From contig OX597829.1 in NCBI GenBank assembly GCA_951406725.2, positions 41,788,001 through 41,852,000 of the forward strand: a stretch of DNA of 64,000 bases. The letters are read 5' to 3'. A model generated the notes under the pieces. That model did not search any database and was not told the origin of the DNA. It saw nothing but the letters and a program-made list of their open reading frames with translations. How positions within the stretch are numbered: position 1 is the first letter of the stretch; every line of letters begins with the position of its first letter. This document shows positions 1 to 12,397 of this stretch, one piece after another. The position numbers were made by a program, and so were the translations under genes. Source of the DNA: Octopus vulgaris. Taxonomy: Eukaryota.

Positions 1-479
1 CAGTCAAGTAAAAGAAATCAAATGTGTTCAGACCAGGAGAAGAGGATGAACTCTGACAAGTTTAAAATAACCAAGACACACTGACATACATCACATCAGC
101 ACCTCTACTACTCAATTAGAAATTAAACATTCCACCATTACTACAGGTGTCAATATTTAACCATTTAGTATTTAAACTGGCCATAGCAGACACTAATATT
201 TTCCTGGTTTTATGTACAAACTGCCCAGATCAGGCCTCTCACACCTATTCTACAATCTAAAAAGTCATTCTAAAATCACATCAAAAGCTCAAGGCTATGA
301 GACAATGCATGACTAATTCAAAGCAATGGGAATAAATAATAACATTTGACTGAATAATCTGAATGCTAAAGGGTTAAGCATTCCATAGGCTTAGCTTAAG
401 TATAATCATACCAAGATGATACAAGTTGAGTACTATATCATCATTTTAACCCTTTAACTGCAAATTAAATTGCATTTAT

Positions 480-882
480 GGATCTTTTCAGTTTGAACGG
501 CAGTTTTTTAAAATAATTTCCACGTAACTAAACACTTTTAAACTTCGTATACTGGTAGAATGTGGTTATAAAACATCTTTTTCTCTTGGCTTTATTGAGA
601 AAATTCTATAGTTTGTAAGATATTTGTTGTTTTTTTTCTTCAATTTCTGCAATTTCAACCAATCAATGACGTCTATTGAGGTGAAAACATTCTGTGCCTC
701 GTTTAAGAAACAGATTGGGTTTATTTACATTTGTGAAGAAAAAAAGATACCATTCCCCCCACCCCATAACCCTAACCCTAAAACAGATTGAAATGCAATA
801 GATTGATACTAGGGTCATAATTATGGGTGACAATTTCATATGACACTGCTAGAAAAAACTGCCGTTCAGACTGAAAAGATCC
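480..882 (+). mobile_element. MITE family T (GG termini, ~30-bp TIR, 8-bp TSD, internal TAACCC repeats), Merlin-like
   Basis: TIRs ggatcttttc.gtttgaacggcagtttttt ... aaaaaactgccgttca.ac.gaaaagatcc; TSD gcatttat (472-479 / 883-890). Confidence 0.85.
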
Positions 883-1092
883 GCATTTATTCCTGAAGTG
901 ATGTTAAACATCTACCAAAAAATAGAACTGCTATTTCCTGCAAGTTGTGTTGCTTTAATAAACTTAACATATTTCAACAAAAAATCAGTTCAAACATGAC
1001 ATTGCTCAGCAAAAGATAGCTTGATATAAAAAAAAATGCTTTCTGCAGTTAAGGGTACTGAAATTTTGAGTGGATATATCTGACTTCTGCAG

Positions 1093-1321
1093 GCAGTGAG
1101 CTGGCAGAATCATTAGCACGCCGGGCGAAATACGTAGCTGTATTTCGTTTGCTGTTACGTTCTGAGTTCAAATTCCGCCGAGGTCGACTTTGCCTTTCAT
1201 CCTTTCGGGGTCAATAAATTATGTACCAGTTACGCACTGGGGTCGATGTAATCGACTTAATCCTTTTGTCTGTCCTTGTTTGTCCCCTCTACGTTTAGCC
1301 TCTTGTGGGTAATAAAGAAAC
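1093..1321 (+). mobile_element. tRNA-derived SINE family S1 (Meta/Sauria-domain-like core gcctttcatcctttcggggtcgataaattaagtaccag)
   Basis: A-box-like tggcagaatcattagc and B-box gagttcaaattc; 19-bp TSD atatatctgacttctgcag. Other monomers at ~7002-7232(-), 20674-20895(-), 40801-41032(-), 49965-50197(+), 56745-56968(-). Confidence 0.85.
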
Positions 1322-1588
1322 ATATATCTGACTTCTGCAGTAAAAAGGTTAAACATTTCAATATAGTTACAATCTCACAACTGAAGTGTTATCATTTAAA
1401 CATTTCAACACAGTTATAGGTAGCGATATTTTTTTCATGAATTACTAATCCAAATAAAACTCCAGCTCCTTTATCATAGACGCTGAATTAATTACTAATA
1501 TGAGTAATTTAATAACTTCTTCACAGATTACAAGACATCTGTAATAGCTAATAATACAGAAATCAAAATGATAAACATCTTGAAATAC

Positions 1589-1781
1589 CTAAAGTGAAAA
1601 GAAGAGGTTCTGGTTTTGCCATCAATTTGTCCAGATCAGGATACCCAAGAGACTGTTTCGTCATAGACATCATTCCACAACAATGGCCTTTGGCATCTTT
1701 TTTAGTATGTCCATGTTCCTTCTTTTCAGGTTTAGCAATATCTCTTAAGCTCTTTGCCACTAAAGGATAAGTGTCAGCTTT
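1589..1781 (-). CDS. AIP: AIP coding exon 3 (KADTYPLVAKSLRDIAKPEKKEHGHTKKDAKGHCCGMMSMTKQSLGYPDLDKLMAKPEPLLFTL)
   Basis: Matches human YPLVAKSLRNIA...HCCG...SLGHADLDALQQNPQPLIF. Acceptor attttgtag|AAA; probable phase-1 donor TTA G|gtattt. The TPR exons must lie left of the window. Confidence 0.92.
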
Positions 1782-1946
1782 CTACAAAATAAAATTGAAT
1801 AAATAAATTAAATAATTAATTAACAAAGAGAGACAATTAAGCCTGATCAACTAAAACATTCTCATACAGATAGAATGATTGTTTCATACAACAGTTATAC
1901 AACACTTAATACATTGGCAGAGAAATACAACCAAAATTAGTTGTGT

Positions 1947-1988
<42 letters not shown>

Positions 1989-2025
1989 TGGTAGTAGAGA
2001 TTTTATTCCCTCAAATAATAATAAT

Positions 2026-2078
<53 letters not shown>

Positions 2079-2961
2079 TAAGGATAAGATCGTTAATTTA
2101 AATATCGATCTTATCAAGTGGTCAGCATGGGAATAAAAACCTTCAAAGGTAATAGTTATTATTGAAATTATAATTTAGGGTATCTAATATATACTATCAC
2201 GCTGGAAATAGCAGCCAAAATTTGGCTCTAAAACCACATTACATGTTCATGCAGCACCAGGAGAGAAGGCAAAAGGATAAAATAAACTAGCAAAAATTTA
2301 CTGGATAATTCCAGATCCAGGATTTCTGGCTTTGTATAAGAGATGCTCTGCCTCTTCAGTTTTGTCTTCTCTCCTTGTGCTGTATCAACATTTAATGTGG
2401 TTTTAGAGTCAAGATTTGGCTGCTATTTTCAGTGTGGTGGTATCTCTTGGATACCCTAAATTATAATTTTATAAATATATATACATATATCTTAGCACTT
2501 TAGTGTTTAAACCAGCCATATATGGCCCACCTCTTTTAAGTTCAAACTGACCTGCTTTAGCCTCTCACGCCTACCCTACAATGTCATTCTAAAAATAAAT
2601 AATCACATCATTGAAATCTTGGAGCTATGAGATAATGTACAATTAATTCTAAACAATGTGAATAAATAAACATTACATTTGAGAGAGTAATCTGAATGCT
2701 AAAGGGTCAAATAGTGTGTGAGCGTGTGTGTGTGTGTGTGTGTGTGCCTGTCGCTCCTTCTGTGTCTGTCTAGTTAATTGAAGAGTTTGGAGTATGAATT
2801 AATATCCCAAATTCTTCAAATAAAATGAAGTATCTAAGATTGCAAAAGAGACAGAGAGAGAAAGAGAGAGAAAGAAAGTGAGAGGGAGAGAAAAAAATGA
2901 GAGAGAGAAAGTGAGAGAGAGAAAAAGATAGGGGGAGAGGAGGAAGTGGGAGAGGAAGAGG

Positions 2962-2997
<36 letters not shown>

Positions 2998-3467
2998 AGA
3001 GAGATTTAGAACTATTAGTGTTGACATTTTTTTGACGTGTCAGTTTTATGCTTTTTTGACATTCTAAAGAGGGCAGAGGTGAGATGAAAATTACAGTTAC
3101 TACAAACGAGGACTTCCCAGCCATACAAAACAATGCTGCATTGGATATGTAACAAGATAACAATGAGGTGGGAAGCATAAATCATCACTTAGCTACTATC
3201 TATTCATGACACCCTCTCAGAATTGCCAATGGACACAGAACCACTTACCAAAGAAGCACTTAACTCACAGATTCTACAACAGACAAAAAAACCCCAATTA
3301 AAATGCTTGTATGCAAAATAAAAGGAAAATGTTTGGGGTGTTAGTACTTTCTTGGCAACTGACTTGCTGAAAAATCCTGCATTGTCACTGAAACGGTTAC
3401 ATTCTTATCTATTTAAAACAAGCATAAACTTCATATATAATTCTTTTGGGAAAAGGTTTAACTTTAA

Positions 3468-3687
3468 CCCTTTCGTTACCAACCCGGCCAAAACTATCTC
3501 TGGCTCTGAGTACAAATGTCTCGTTTCCATAAGTTTTGAATTAAAATCTTCCACCAAACCTTAGTCACAATTTATGTTCCTAACACTAGCTTAATCATAA
3601 CTAAGTTATTTTACTAAATTCTTTGTTATATTTAAAGTAATTGAAAGAAACACAGATCATCTCAAAATAAATTCAGTAACGAAAGGG
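3468..3687 (+). mobile_element. piggyBac-type MITE (TTAA|CCC...GGG|TTAA)
   Basis: TIR ccctttcgttac / gtaacgaaaggg flanked by TTAA; sibling copies at 39701-39922, 39954-40168 and 49092-49314. Confidence 0.85.
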
Positions 3688-4672
3688 TTAAACAGATAAA
3701 GTAAGAAGTAAAGTATAAAAATATTGGGTTAAAAAAACGCCTTTGGATAGAAAAAAATGAAGACTGCCAGTAGGATTCAAACTCATATCTTCAGCAAACA
3801 TGTTAGATGTTCTACAACTGGACCAAAGTGATCATTGGAATTTCCCTTTCCATTTTAGAAACTTGATTATTACAAGTGGGGAATTTTATTTTGTCAATGT
3901 CATCAAGAATTTACAAACTTTTTTTTTTGAGGATGCAAAAAAACTTCTTTTTGGAACGGTGCATCTTGAAGCAGATAAAGCTACAAGTAATAGCATGTAA
4001 ATATTGGGTTGAAAATCTCTTTTGGATAGAAAAAGTTGATGGATGCTCATGGGACTCCAGCTCACATCTCCTGGAGACACGACAAGCTTCATTCCATTGA
4101 CCCAAAGAAATCCTTTAAATTTCTCTTTCCTTCTTACAGGTGAGAAATTGTATTGTTTTTATTCTTTTACTTGTTTCAGTCATTTGACTGTGGCCATGTT
4201 GGAGCACTGCCTTTTTAGTCAAACAAATCGAGCCCCAAGTACACAGACACACCAACACTGGTTGTCAAGCGGTGATGGGGGTGGGGTGGGAGCAATAAAC
4301 ACACACACACATAGATACACACATATATATGTATACACATACATAGATACACACACATATATATATATGTAAATGTACGACAGGCTTCTTTCAGTTTCCG
4401 TCTACCAAATCCAGTCACAAGGCTTTGGTCAGCCTGAGGCTTATAGGAGAAGTCACTTGCCCAAGGTGCCACGCAGTGGAACTATGTGGTTGGGAAGCAA
4501 GCTTCTTAGCACACAAGAATTTTATAAAATTTCAAGAGAAATAACTTCTTTGGAACAGTTTAACAATACACTGTATATTAAGAAGTGAAAAGTTTGGCTT
4601 GTGACAATGTGGTTACATGTTCCACTTCATTGAAGTGCAAACGTGTATGTCTATGTGTATATATGTGTCTGT

Positions 4673-4704
<32 letters not shown>

Positions 4705-5364
4705 AATAACAATTGAAAGACAGATGTCAATTCATTACGGCCGTTTCTAATAATTCCCTTAATTGATTAATGAGTACATTATTCTGACCTAACGAGGTAC
4801 CTCAACTTAAGTACCTAATTCAACTGAATCTTTCTGATATATATATGTGTGTGTGTGTGTGTGTGTAATCATTAAAATCCAGTTTCTATGTTAACAAACC
4901 ATCCAACCCATGCCAGCATGGAAAATGGATGCTTGAGATGGTGGTAGTGGAGGTGGTGGTAGTGGAGGTGATGATGATGATGATGATGATGATGAAAGTG
5001 GTGTATGTGTGTGTATGTGTATCTGTGCATATGTGCCTGCTCATCTATATATATATATATGTGTGTGCATTTGCACATCTATTGATGTATGAACTTTCAT
5101 GTGTGTGTATGCATGTGCAGTTACATATACGTGTCTGGTGTGTAGGTTTTTGTTCTCGTCTGAGCAATTTGTGAGCAACGTATCCTCGGCTGATTAGCAA
5201 GTACATCAATCATTAAAAAGATACTGACATCTTTATTAAACTCGTTAACAGCGAACGTTTATTTTATATCCATCTAGTTAATTTCACATAAACTCACGAG
5301 CACAGTTTGTGAGCCAGTCATAAAACATATATAATTACTACTATTAATATAAGTTAAGGACACT

Positions 5365-5873
5365 TACACACACACACACACATGTACATACAAATATACA
5401 CATACATGCACATACGAAGATGCATACCAATGGATACACACACACACACATATACAGATGGACATGTACACGCACACACACATGTACATACAAATATACA
5501 CATACATGCACATACGAAGATGCATACCAATGGATATACACACACACACACAAACACATGCATACAAATGGGGATACACACACATATACAGATGGACATG
5601 TACACACACACAAATGTATTCATACAAATGTACACACACACACATTCAAATAGAAACACAGACACACACATATACAAACACACGCATACAAATGAGGACA
5701 CACACACACATGCAAATATATGCATACAAATGGAGGCAAACACACACACACAGACATGCAAACATATGCATACAAATGGGACACACACACACATACAAAC
5801 ACGCAAACACATGCGTACAAATGGAGACACATGCACACACACACACACATAAACATATGCATACAAAAGGAAT

Positions 5874-5909
<36 letters not shown>

Positions 5910-5925
5910 CAAACATACACACACT
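5365..5925. repeat. CA-rich minisatellite (catgcatacaaatgg-based units)
   Basis: Repeated cacacatatgcatacaaatg motifs; source of many spurious ORFs. Confidence 0.85.
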
Positions 5926-6250
5926 CCCACTTGACATATCCAACATAACTTTAAATAATTAACAATTACTGCCTCACAAACCCATTATTTGTTAGATTAG
6001 AAAGTGGATAATTTCCGACAAATTAGGGAAAATATATAAGAAAACAAATCCACTCTCAGTACATTAAGCTGGCAATGACATTTAGAAACAGATTGCATTG
6101 GTTAAATATATTTGTTCTATTGAACTTAAGTCCCAAATAATCTCCAATTAAAAAACTTTCCCAGAGCAAGTGTTTTCTTGCGTTAACCAATACTTTCATC
6201 ATTATTATCATCATCACTGAGGCACCAAGCTGACAGAATCATTAGCTCAT

Positions 6251-6669
6251 AAGGCGGCGAGCTGGCAGAATCATTAGCACGCCGGGCGAAATGCTTAGCA
6301 GTATTTCGTCCGCTGCTGCGTTCTGAGTTCAAATTCCGCCGAGGTTGACTTTGCCTTTCATCCTTTCGGGGGTCGATAAATTAAGTACCAGTTACCCACT
6401 GGGGTCGATGTAATCGACTTAATCCGTTTGTCTGTCCTTGTTTGTCCCCTCTGTGTTTAGCCCCTTGTGGGCAATAAAAAAATAAGTATTTCGTCTGCAT
6501 TACGTTCTGAGTTCAGATTCCGCCGAGGTTGACTTTGCCTTTCATCCTTTCGGGGGTCGATAAAATAAAGTACCAGTTACGCACTGGGGTCGATGTAATT
6601 GACTTAATCCCTTTGTCTGTCTTTGTTTGCCCCCTCTTTGTTTAGCCCCTTGTGGGCAATAAAGAAATA
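6251..6669 (+). mobile_element. S1 SINE dimer (one head, two bodies) inserted into an older S1 copy
   Basis: 16-bp TSD agaatcattagctcat (6235-6250 / 6670-6685). Confidence 0.8.
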
Positions 6670-7662
6670 AGAATCATTAGCTCATCGCACAAAATGCTTA
6701 GCAGCATTTTGTCTGTGACTAAGTTCTGGGTTCAGATTCCACTGAGATCAACTTTGTCTTTCAAACTTTTGTGAGGTTGATGAATTAAGTACCAGTTGAG
6801 CACTGGATACCTCCCTCACCCAAAATTGCTGGTCTGGTGCCAAAATTGAAAACTATAGTTATAATTGTCATTTAATGTCTGTTTTCTATGCTGGCATGAG
6901 TTAGGCAATTTGACAACATCCAGTGAGCTGATGGGCTGTATTGAGTCTAGTGTCAGTTTTGGCATGGTTTCTATGGCTGGATGCCTTTCCTAATGCCAGC
7001 CTATTTCTTTACTACCCACAAGGGGCTAAACACAGAGGGGACAAACAAGGACAGACAAAGGGATTAAGTTGATTATATCGACCCCAGTGCGTAACTGGTA
7101 CTTATTTAATCGACCCCAAAGGGATGAAAGGCAAAGTCGACCTCGGCAGAATTTGAAATCAGAACGTAGCGGCATACGAAATACCGCTAAGCATTTCGCC
7201 CGGTATGCTAACGTTTCTGCCAGCTCGCCGCCTTTCCTAATGCCAACCAATTGACAGAATGTGCTGGGTGCCTTTTTTTCCATTCCACAGACACTAGTGA
7301 TGACACCAAGTAACTGGCAAGACAAGAAAAGGACAGGAAGAAAAGAAGAAAAGTAAGTGACAAAGGAACTACATGGGTGTGGTGATTAGTATTTGAGGGG
7401 GGAGGAGGAGGAGGAGGAGGGGGTGATGGTTCTATGTCAGGTGTTGAGAGGCTACAATATGATGGAATGACAAACCCAGGTGTCTTGTAATATAGAGGAG
7501 ATACAAGGTTAACCTGCATCATATAAGGGTGGGTGGGAGTAGCTGGAAAGAAGATAGAGATGGTGGTGATGGCTGTGGGATGTTAGAGCAACTAGCTAGA
7601 TGGAAACTGTAAAGAATCAACTACTACTACTACTATTACTAGTACTGCTGCTACTACTACTG

Positions 7663-7694
<32 letters not shown>

Positions 7695-8244
7695 ACTACC
7701 ACACACACACACATATAGACATACATACACATGTTCATGCACATACATATGCACATTTTCTCCTGCATAAATATTTTAAAAAACATAATAATTTATGCAT
7801 AGTGTTGTGATTGGCTACAGGTTTCCAGAAAGCTAATCATTGGCTCACTGCCAATCATCGGTTTCTAATGGCAAGAGTAGTGACAAGGGAGTGTATGTAA
7901 CAAAAACCGTTTACAGAGTATGAAGTCCTCTGCACTGAGTTACATTATACTCCCTTGTTACTCTCACAATCAAAAAAAAAAACAAAAACAGTGAACCAAC
8001 ATCATCATCGTCCTTTAACATCCGTTGTCCATGCTGGCATTGGTTGGATGGTTTGATCAGGGCTGGCAAGCCAGAAGGCTGATGTGACATAGTTTCTACA
8101 GCTGGATGCCCTTCCTAATGCCAACCACTCTGAGAATGTAATGGGTGCTTTTACATGCCACTGGCACATGTGCCGTTTGTGTGACATTTGTCACAACTGT
8201 GATTTTACTTAGCTTGTTGGAAACCTGTAACCATTGATAGCTAT

Positions 8245-8667
8245 ACTCTCTTTACTACTCTTTTACTTGTTTCAGTCATTTGACTGCGGTCATGCTGGAG
8301 CACCACCTTTAGTTGAATAAAATCAACCCCATGACTTATTCTTTGTAAGCTTAGTACTTATTCTATCAGTCTCTTTTTGCCGAACCACTAAGTTACGGGG
8401 ATGTAGGCACACCAGCATCAGTTGTCAAGCAATGTTGGGGGGAACAAACACAGACACAAACAACAAACACATATATACATATAGATATATATATATATGA
8501 CAGGCTTCTTTCAGTTTCTGTCTACCAAATCCACTCACAAGGCTTTGGTCGGCCCGAGGCTATAGCAGAAGACACTTGCCCAAAGTCCCAAGGTGCCACG
8601 CAGTAGGACTGAACCCAGAACCATGTGGTTGGTAAGCTAGCTACTTACCACACAGCCACTCCTGCGC
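8245..8667 (-). mobile_element. tRNA-derived SINE family S2 (internal TA/CA microsatellite, gagtaaaa-type tail)
   Basis: Head ggcgcaggagtggctgtgtggtaag...gggttcagtccc. Many copies, e.g. ~4160-4515, 11460-11825, 11990-12490, 13880-14260, 26281-26695, 31900-32380, 45665-46078, 58215-58610, 61485-61900. Confidence 0.8.
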
Positions 8668-9014
8668 TCTTATACATAAATTGTGATGATGATGATGATG
8701 ATGATGGTGGTAATAATGATGATGATGATGATGATGATGGTGATGGTGATGGTGATGCAGTCTGCATAATACCACCTTCACTAATGGCTGTTATAAATGG
8801 CGCAATTCATTCCCAGCCCACCACTCAAATGACTGACGACCATTCCTTGTAAAACCTTTGAAGTTTACTTTTAAATACTGCTTGTAGTAAAAAAAAAGAG
8901 AAGAAGAAGAAGAAGAAAACAGTAAACTTAGCACAGCAATGGAGAGAAACTTCAACTCAGTAAAAGTCAGTAAAATCAGTCAATAAAATTAGGGTATTGT
9001 TGGTAAGATAAAGT

Positions 9015-9455
9015 GGCAGCGAGCTGGAAGCATCGTTAGCACACCGGGCGAGATGGTGGTGAGCTGGCAGAATTGTTAGCATGCCAGGCGAAATTCTCAG
9101 TGGTATTTTGTCTGCCGCTACATTCTGAGTTCAAATTCCGCCAAGGTCAACTTTGCCTTTCATCCTTTCGGGGTCAATTAAATAAGTACCAGTTATGCAC
9201 TGGGGTCAATGTAATCAACTTAATCCGCGTGTCTTTCCTTGTTTGGCCCCTTGTGGGTAGTAAAGAAATAGGTATCCCGCCTGTCGATACGTTCTGAGTT
9301 CAAATTCCGCCAAGGTCGATTTTGCCTTTCATCCTTTTGGGGGTCGATAAATTAAGTACCAGTTACGCACTGGGGTCGATATAATCAACTTAATCCGTTG
9401 TCTGTCCTTGTTTGTCCCTTCTATGTTTGGCCCCTTGTGGGTAGTAAAGAAAGAG
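9015..9455 (+). mobile_element. S1 SINE dimer with two heads then two bodies
   Basis: Heads at ~9015 and ~9055; body junction gaaataggtat at ~9266-9276. Confidence 0.75.
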
Positions 9456-9961
9456 GTAAGATAAAGTGTGTGCGAAACAGTAGTAGCATACTCTACCTTA
9501 CTGGCACCGAAAAGCAGAGTGACATGGAATTGCTGCTATAGCAGTTGCGGAATGAGAGGAGGTAATGCTTCTTTATTTACATTGTTTTCAGTGCATTATC
9601 TTGTAACTTTGAGATTTCAATGATGTGAATGCTTATTTTTAGACTGATGTTGTAGAGTTGGTGCAAGAGGTCAGATCTAGCCAGTTTGAACATAAAGTGT
9701 TGTGGCTTATTCATGATTGCAAACTGATAATGTTGTGGTTGGAGTTCAAATTCCTATGGCATTGTAGGGTAGGTGTGAAAGGCCAGATCTGGCTAGTTTC
9801 AACATAAAACATAGAATATTTTTGGGCTGGATATGACCAATTTAAATGCTAAAAGGTTAATGCACATTTCAACAGAATTATCAGATACATTGCTGTGTTT
9901 TTTGAGATGTGTGCACTGTTTTCTTTTGTGGGATTTATAAGAAAAAGAAAACAAAAAATTT

Positions 9962-10280
9962 GGACTCAGTTGCAACGGTGAGTGTTCCAGTTGGTCCAAT
10001 CAACGGAACAGCCTGCTCATGAAATTAACGTGCAAATGGCTGAGCACTCCACAGACATGCATACTCTTAACGTAGTTCTCAGAGAGATTCAGTTTGACAC
10101 AGAATGTGACATGGTCGGTCCTTTGAAATACATGTACTTCCCATTTTTCCCAGCTGAATGGAATGGAGCAATGCGAAATAAAAGAGTCTTGCTCAAGGAC
10201 ACAATGCACTGCCAAGAATTGAACTCAGGGCCTTACGATGATGAGCCGAATATCCTACCCACTAGTCCACACACCTTCAC
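9962..10280 (-). mobile_element. tRNA-derived SINE, additional family
   Basis: Minus-strand head gtgtggactagtgggtagg...gagttcaattc followed by a ccttgagcaagact core. Confidence 0.55.
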
Positions 10281-11158
10281 AAGAGCATTGTATTGCATGT
10301 TTTGTAGATTGTATTCGTTTTGCTTTGTTGTGGGAGGTTTGATCAGTTACCTTTGATGTCACTTTAGTGTTTTTGCCTGTAAATTAGAAAATATGTGAAC
10401 TGTGCATTGTGCTGTTCTATTCAGTTCCTAGGTTGGCTGACTGGCTGGCTGGCTCGTTAGGATGTATGTTGTGTGACGAGTGTTGAATATGCATTATGGG
10501 AGTTGTTATGAATTTATGGGAAAGCGGGGAGTTTATTATGTCGGATGGTGTTCTCAAACTGACAAATCCTGATCTCCCACCCACTCCGATCCCACCCATG
10601 CCCACATGCCAGCAGACAAAAAAAAAAACAATTTAGCGAAATGTTTTGACCCACCGATTTAACGATGAGACGACAAAAAAAAAATGTTTGCATTCATATA
10701 ATGCTTCTTTCTTTTCCCATGATGTTGAACAAAAGCCATTGAAATTGGTGGCTGTGTGGATAGGATAGGTGCAGGCATGGTTGTGTGGTAAGAAGTTTGC
10801 TTCCGGGTCAGGGCCCCAGAAGGCTCAGACCTGGAGCTGGAGCATTACCTGCGGGAGGCATACAGCCTGGTCGGGTCGGAGAGGAAGGATAAAGAGGCTT
10901 TAGTGCCTAAATGTTTACTGAATGTTATTGTTAATTGAAAATAAAAGTAAGAGGCTTAGTGCCGCATTTTGCTTTTTGATTTGTGAATGAAATTATAAAA
11001 GATCAATGTTCTCGGGAAAGCAGTGATTGGTGGGAGTCAGTTGTTGCCCTCATTTATCATCATTTTCATTTGTCATTTCATATAACATTATGTCTATGTC
11101 CAGCCTACAGCTTCGTTCCTCTATGTAAGGCCTTTATGGCCAATATAATGAATAAAAG

Positions 11159-11443
11159 TGGAGGCACATGGCCTAGTGGTTAGAGCAACGGACTCGTGGG
11201 TTCGAATCTCAGACTGAGCGATGTGTGTGTTTATGAGCGAAACATCTAAGCTCCACGCGGCTCCAGCAGAAGATAATGGCGAACTTCTGCTGACTCTTCC
11301 GTCACAACTTTCTCTTGCTCTTTCCTTTTGTATCTAGCAGCTCACCTGTGACGGACCGGCATCCTGTCTGGGTGGGGAACCTATACGCCAAGGAAACCGG
11401 GAAACCAGCCCTTATGAGACAGACATGGCTCGAGAAGGAACAA
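11159..11443 (+). mobile_element. tRNA-derived SINE family S3
   Basis: Head ggaggcacatggcctagtggttagagc...gggttcgaatc; second copy at ~34735-35032 (-). Confidence 0.75.
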
Positions 11444-12349
11444 ATATAATGAATAAAAGAAGTTTGCTTCCCAGCCACATGGTTCTGGGTTCAGTCCCAT
11501 TGTGTGACACCTTGGGCAAGTATCTTCTACTATAGCATCAGGGCAACCAAAGCCTTGTGAGTGAATTTGGTAGGTAGAAACTAAAAGAAGCTAGCCGTAT
11601 ATGTGTGTGTGTGAACGTGCGTGTGCTTGTCACCCCACCACCACAACTTGACAGCTCGTGTTGGTTAGTTTTGTGTCCTCATAACTTAGTGGTTCAGCAA
11701 AGAGACTGATAGAATAAGTAGCAGGCTTAAAAAAATAATAATACTAAGATCAATTTAGTTGACAAAAAAAAAAAAACCCCTTCAAGAAAAAACCCAGCAT
11801 GGTCGCAGCCTAATGACCAAAACAAAAGTAGAAAATAAAAGACAATGATTTGTTCACATCCTTTTTTTATCTTTACGGCACCCCACCCGAGAGAAACATG
11901 TATGTAATCTTGTATTTTAATAATATCATAATAACTGATAGCAAATGTATAGAATATATGTTATATAGAGAGGGTACTGTTTGAGATCTCTCTTTTACTC
12001 TCTTTTACTTGTTTCAGTCATTTGACTGTGGCCATGCTGGAACACCACCTTTAGTCGAGCAAATCGACCCTAGGACTTATTCTTTGGAAGCCTAGTACTT
12101 ATTGTATCGGTCTCTTTTGCCGAACCGCTAAGTTACAGGAAAGTAAACACACCACCATCAGTTGTCAAGCGATGTTGGGGGGGGGGGGACACAAACACAG
12201 ACACACAAACATACACACACATACATACATATATATATATATATATATGTAGGTCCCGGGTTGAGTCGGGGTTAACCACAGTAAATAAGGTACTCAATAC
12301 ATAGCAGAGTAAATTAATTTATTTTATAGAAGGAGCTCCTTCTATAAAA

Positions 12350-12397
<48 letters not shown>

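Noticed and set aside
767-781. Telomere or chromosome-fusion remnant
   Set aside because: Only a few units, and always inside the same MITE.
4730-4750. GAAACGGCCGTA (minus strand), resembling a hammerhead stem III
   Set aside because: No CUGANGA core found upstream within the insert; at most a truncated relic.
5344-5962. Many overlapping ORFs rich in C/V/H/T
   Set aside because: Translations of a CA/TG minisatellite.
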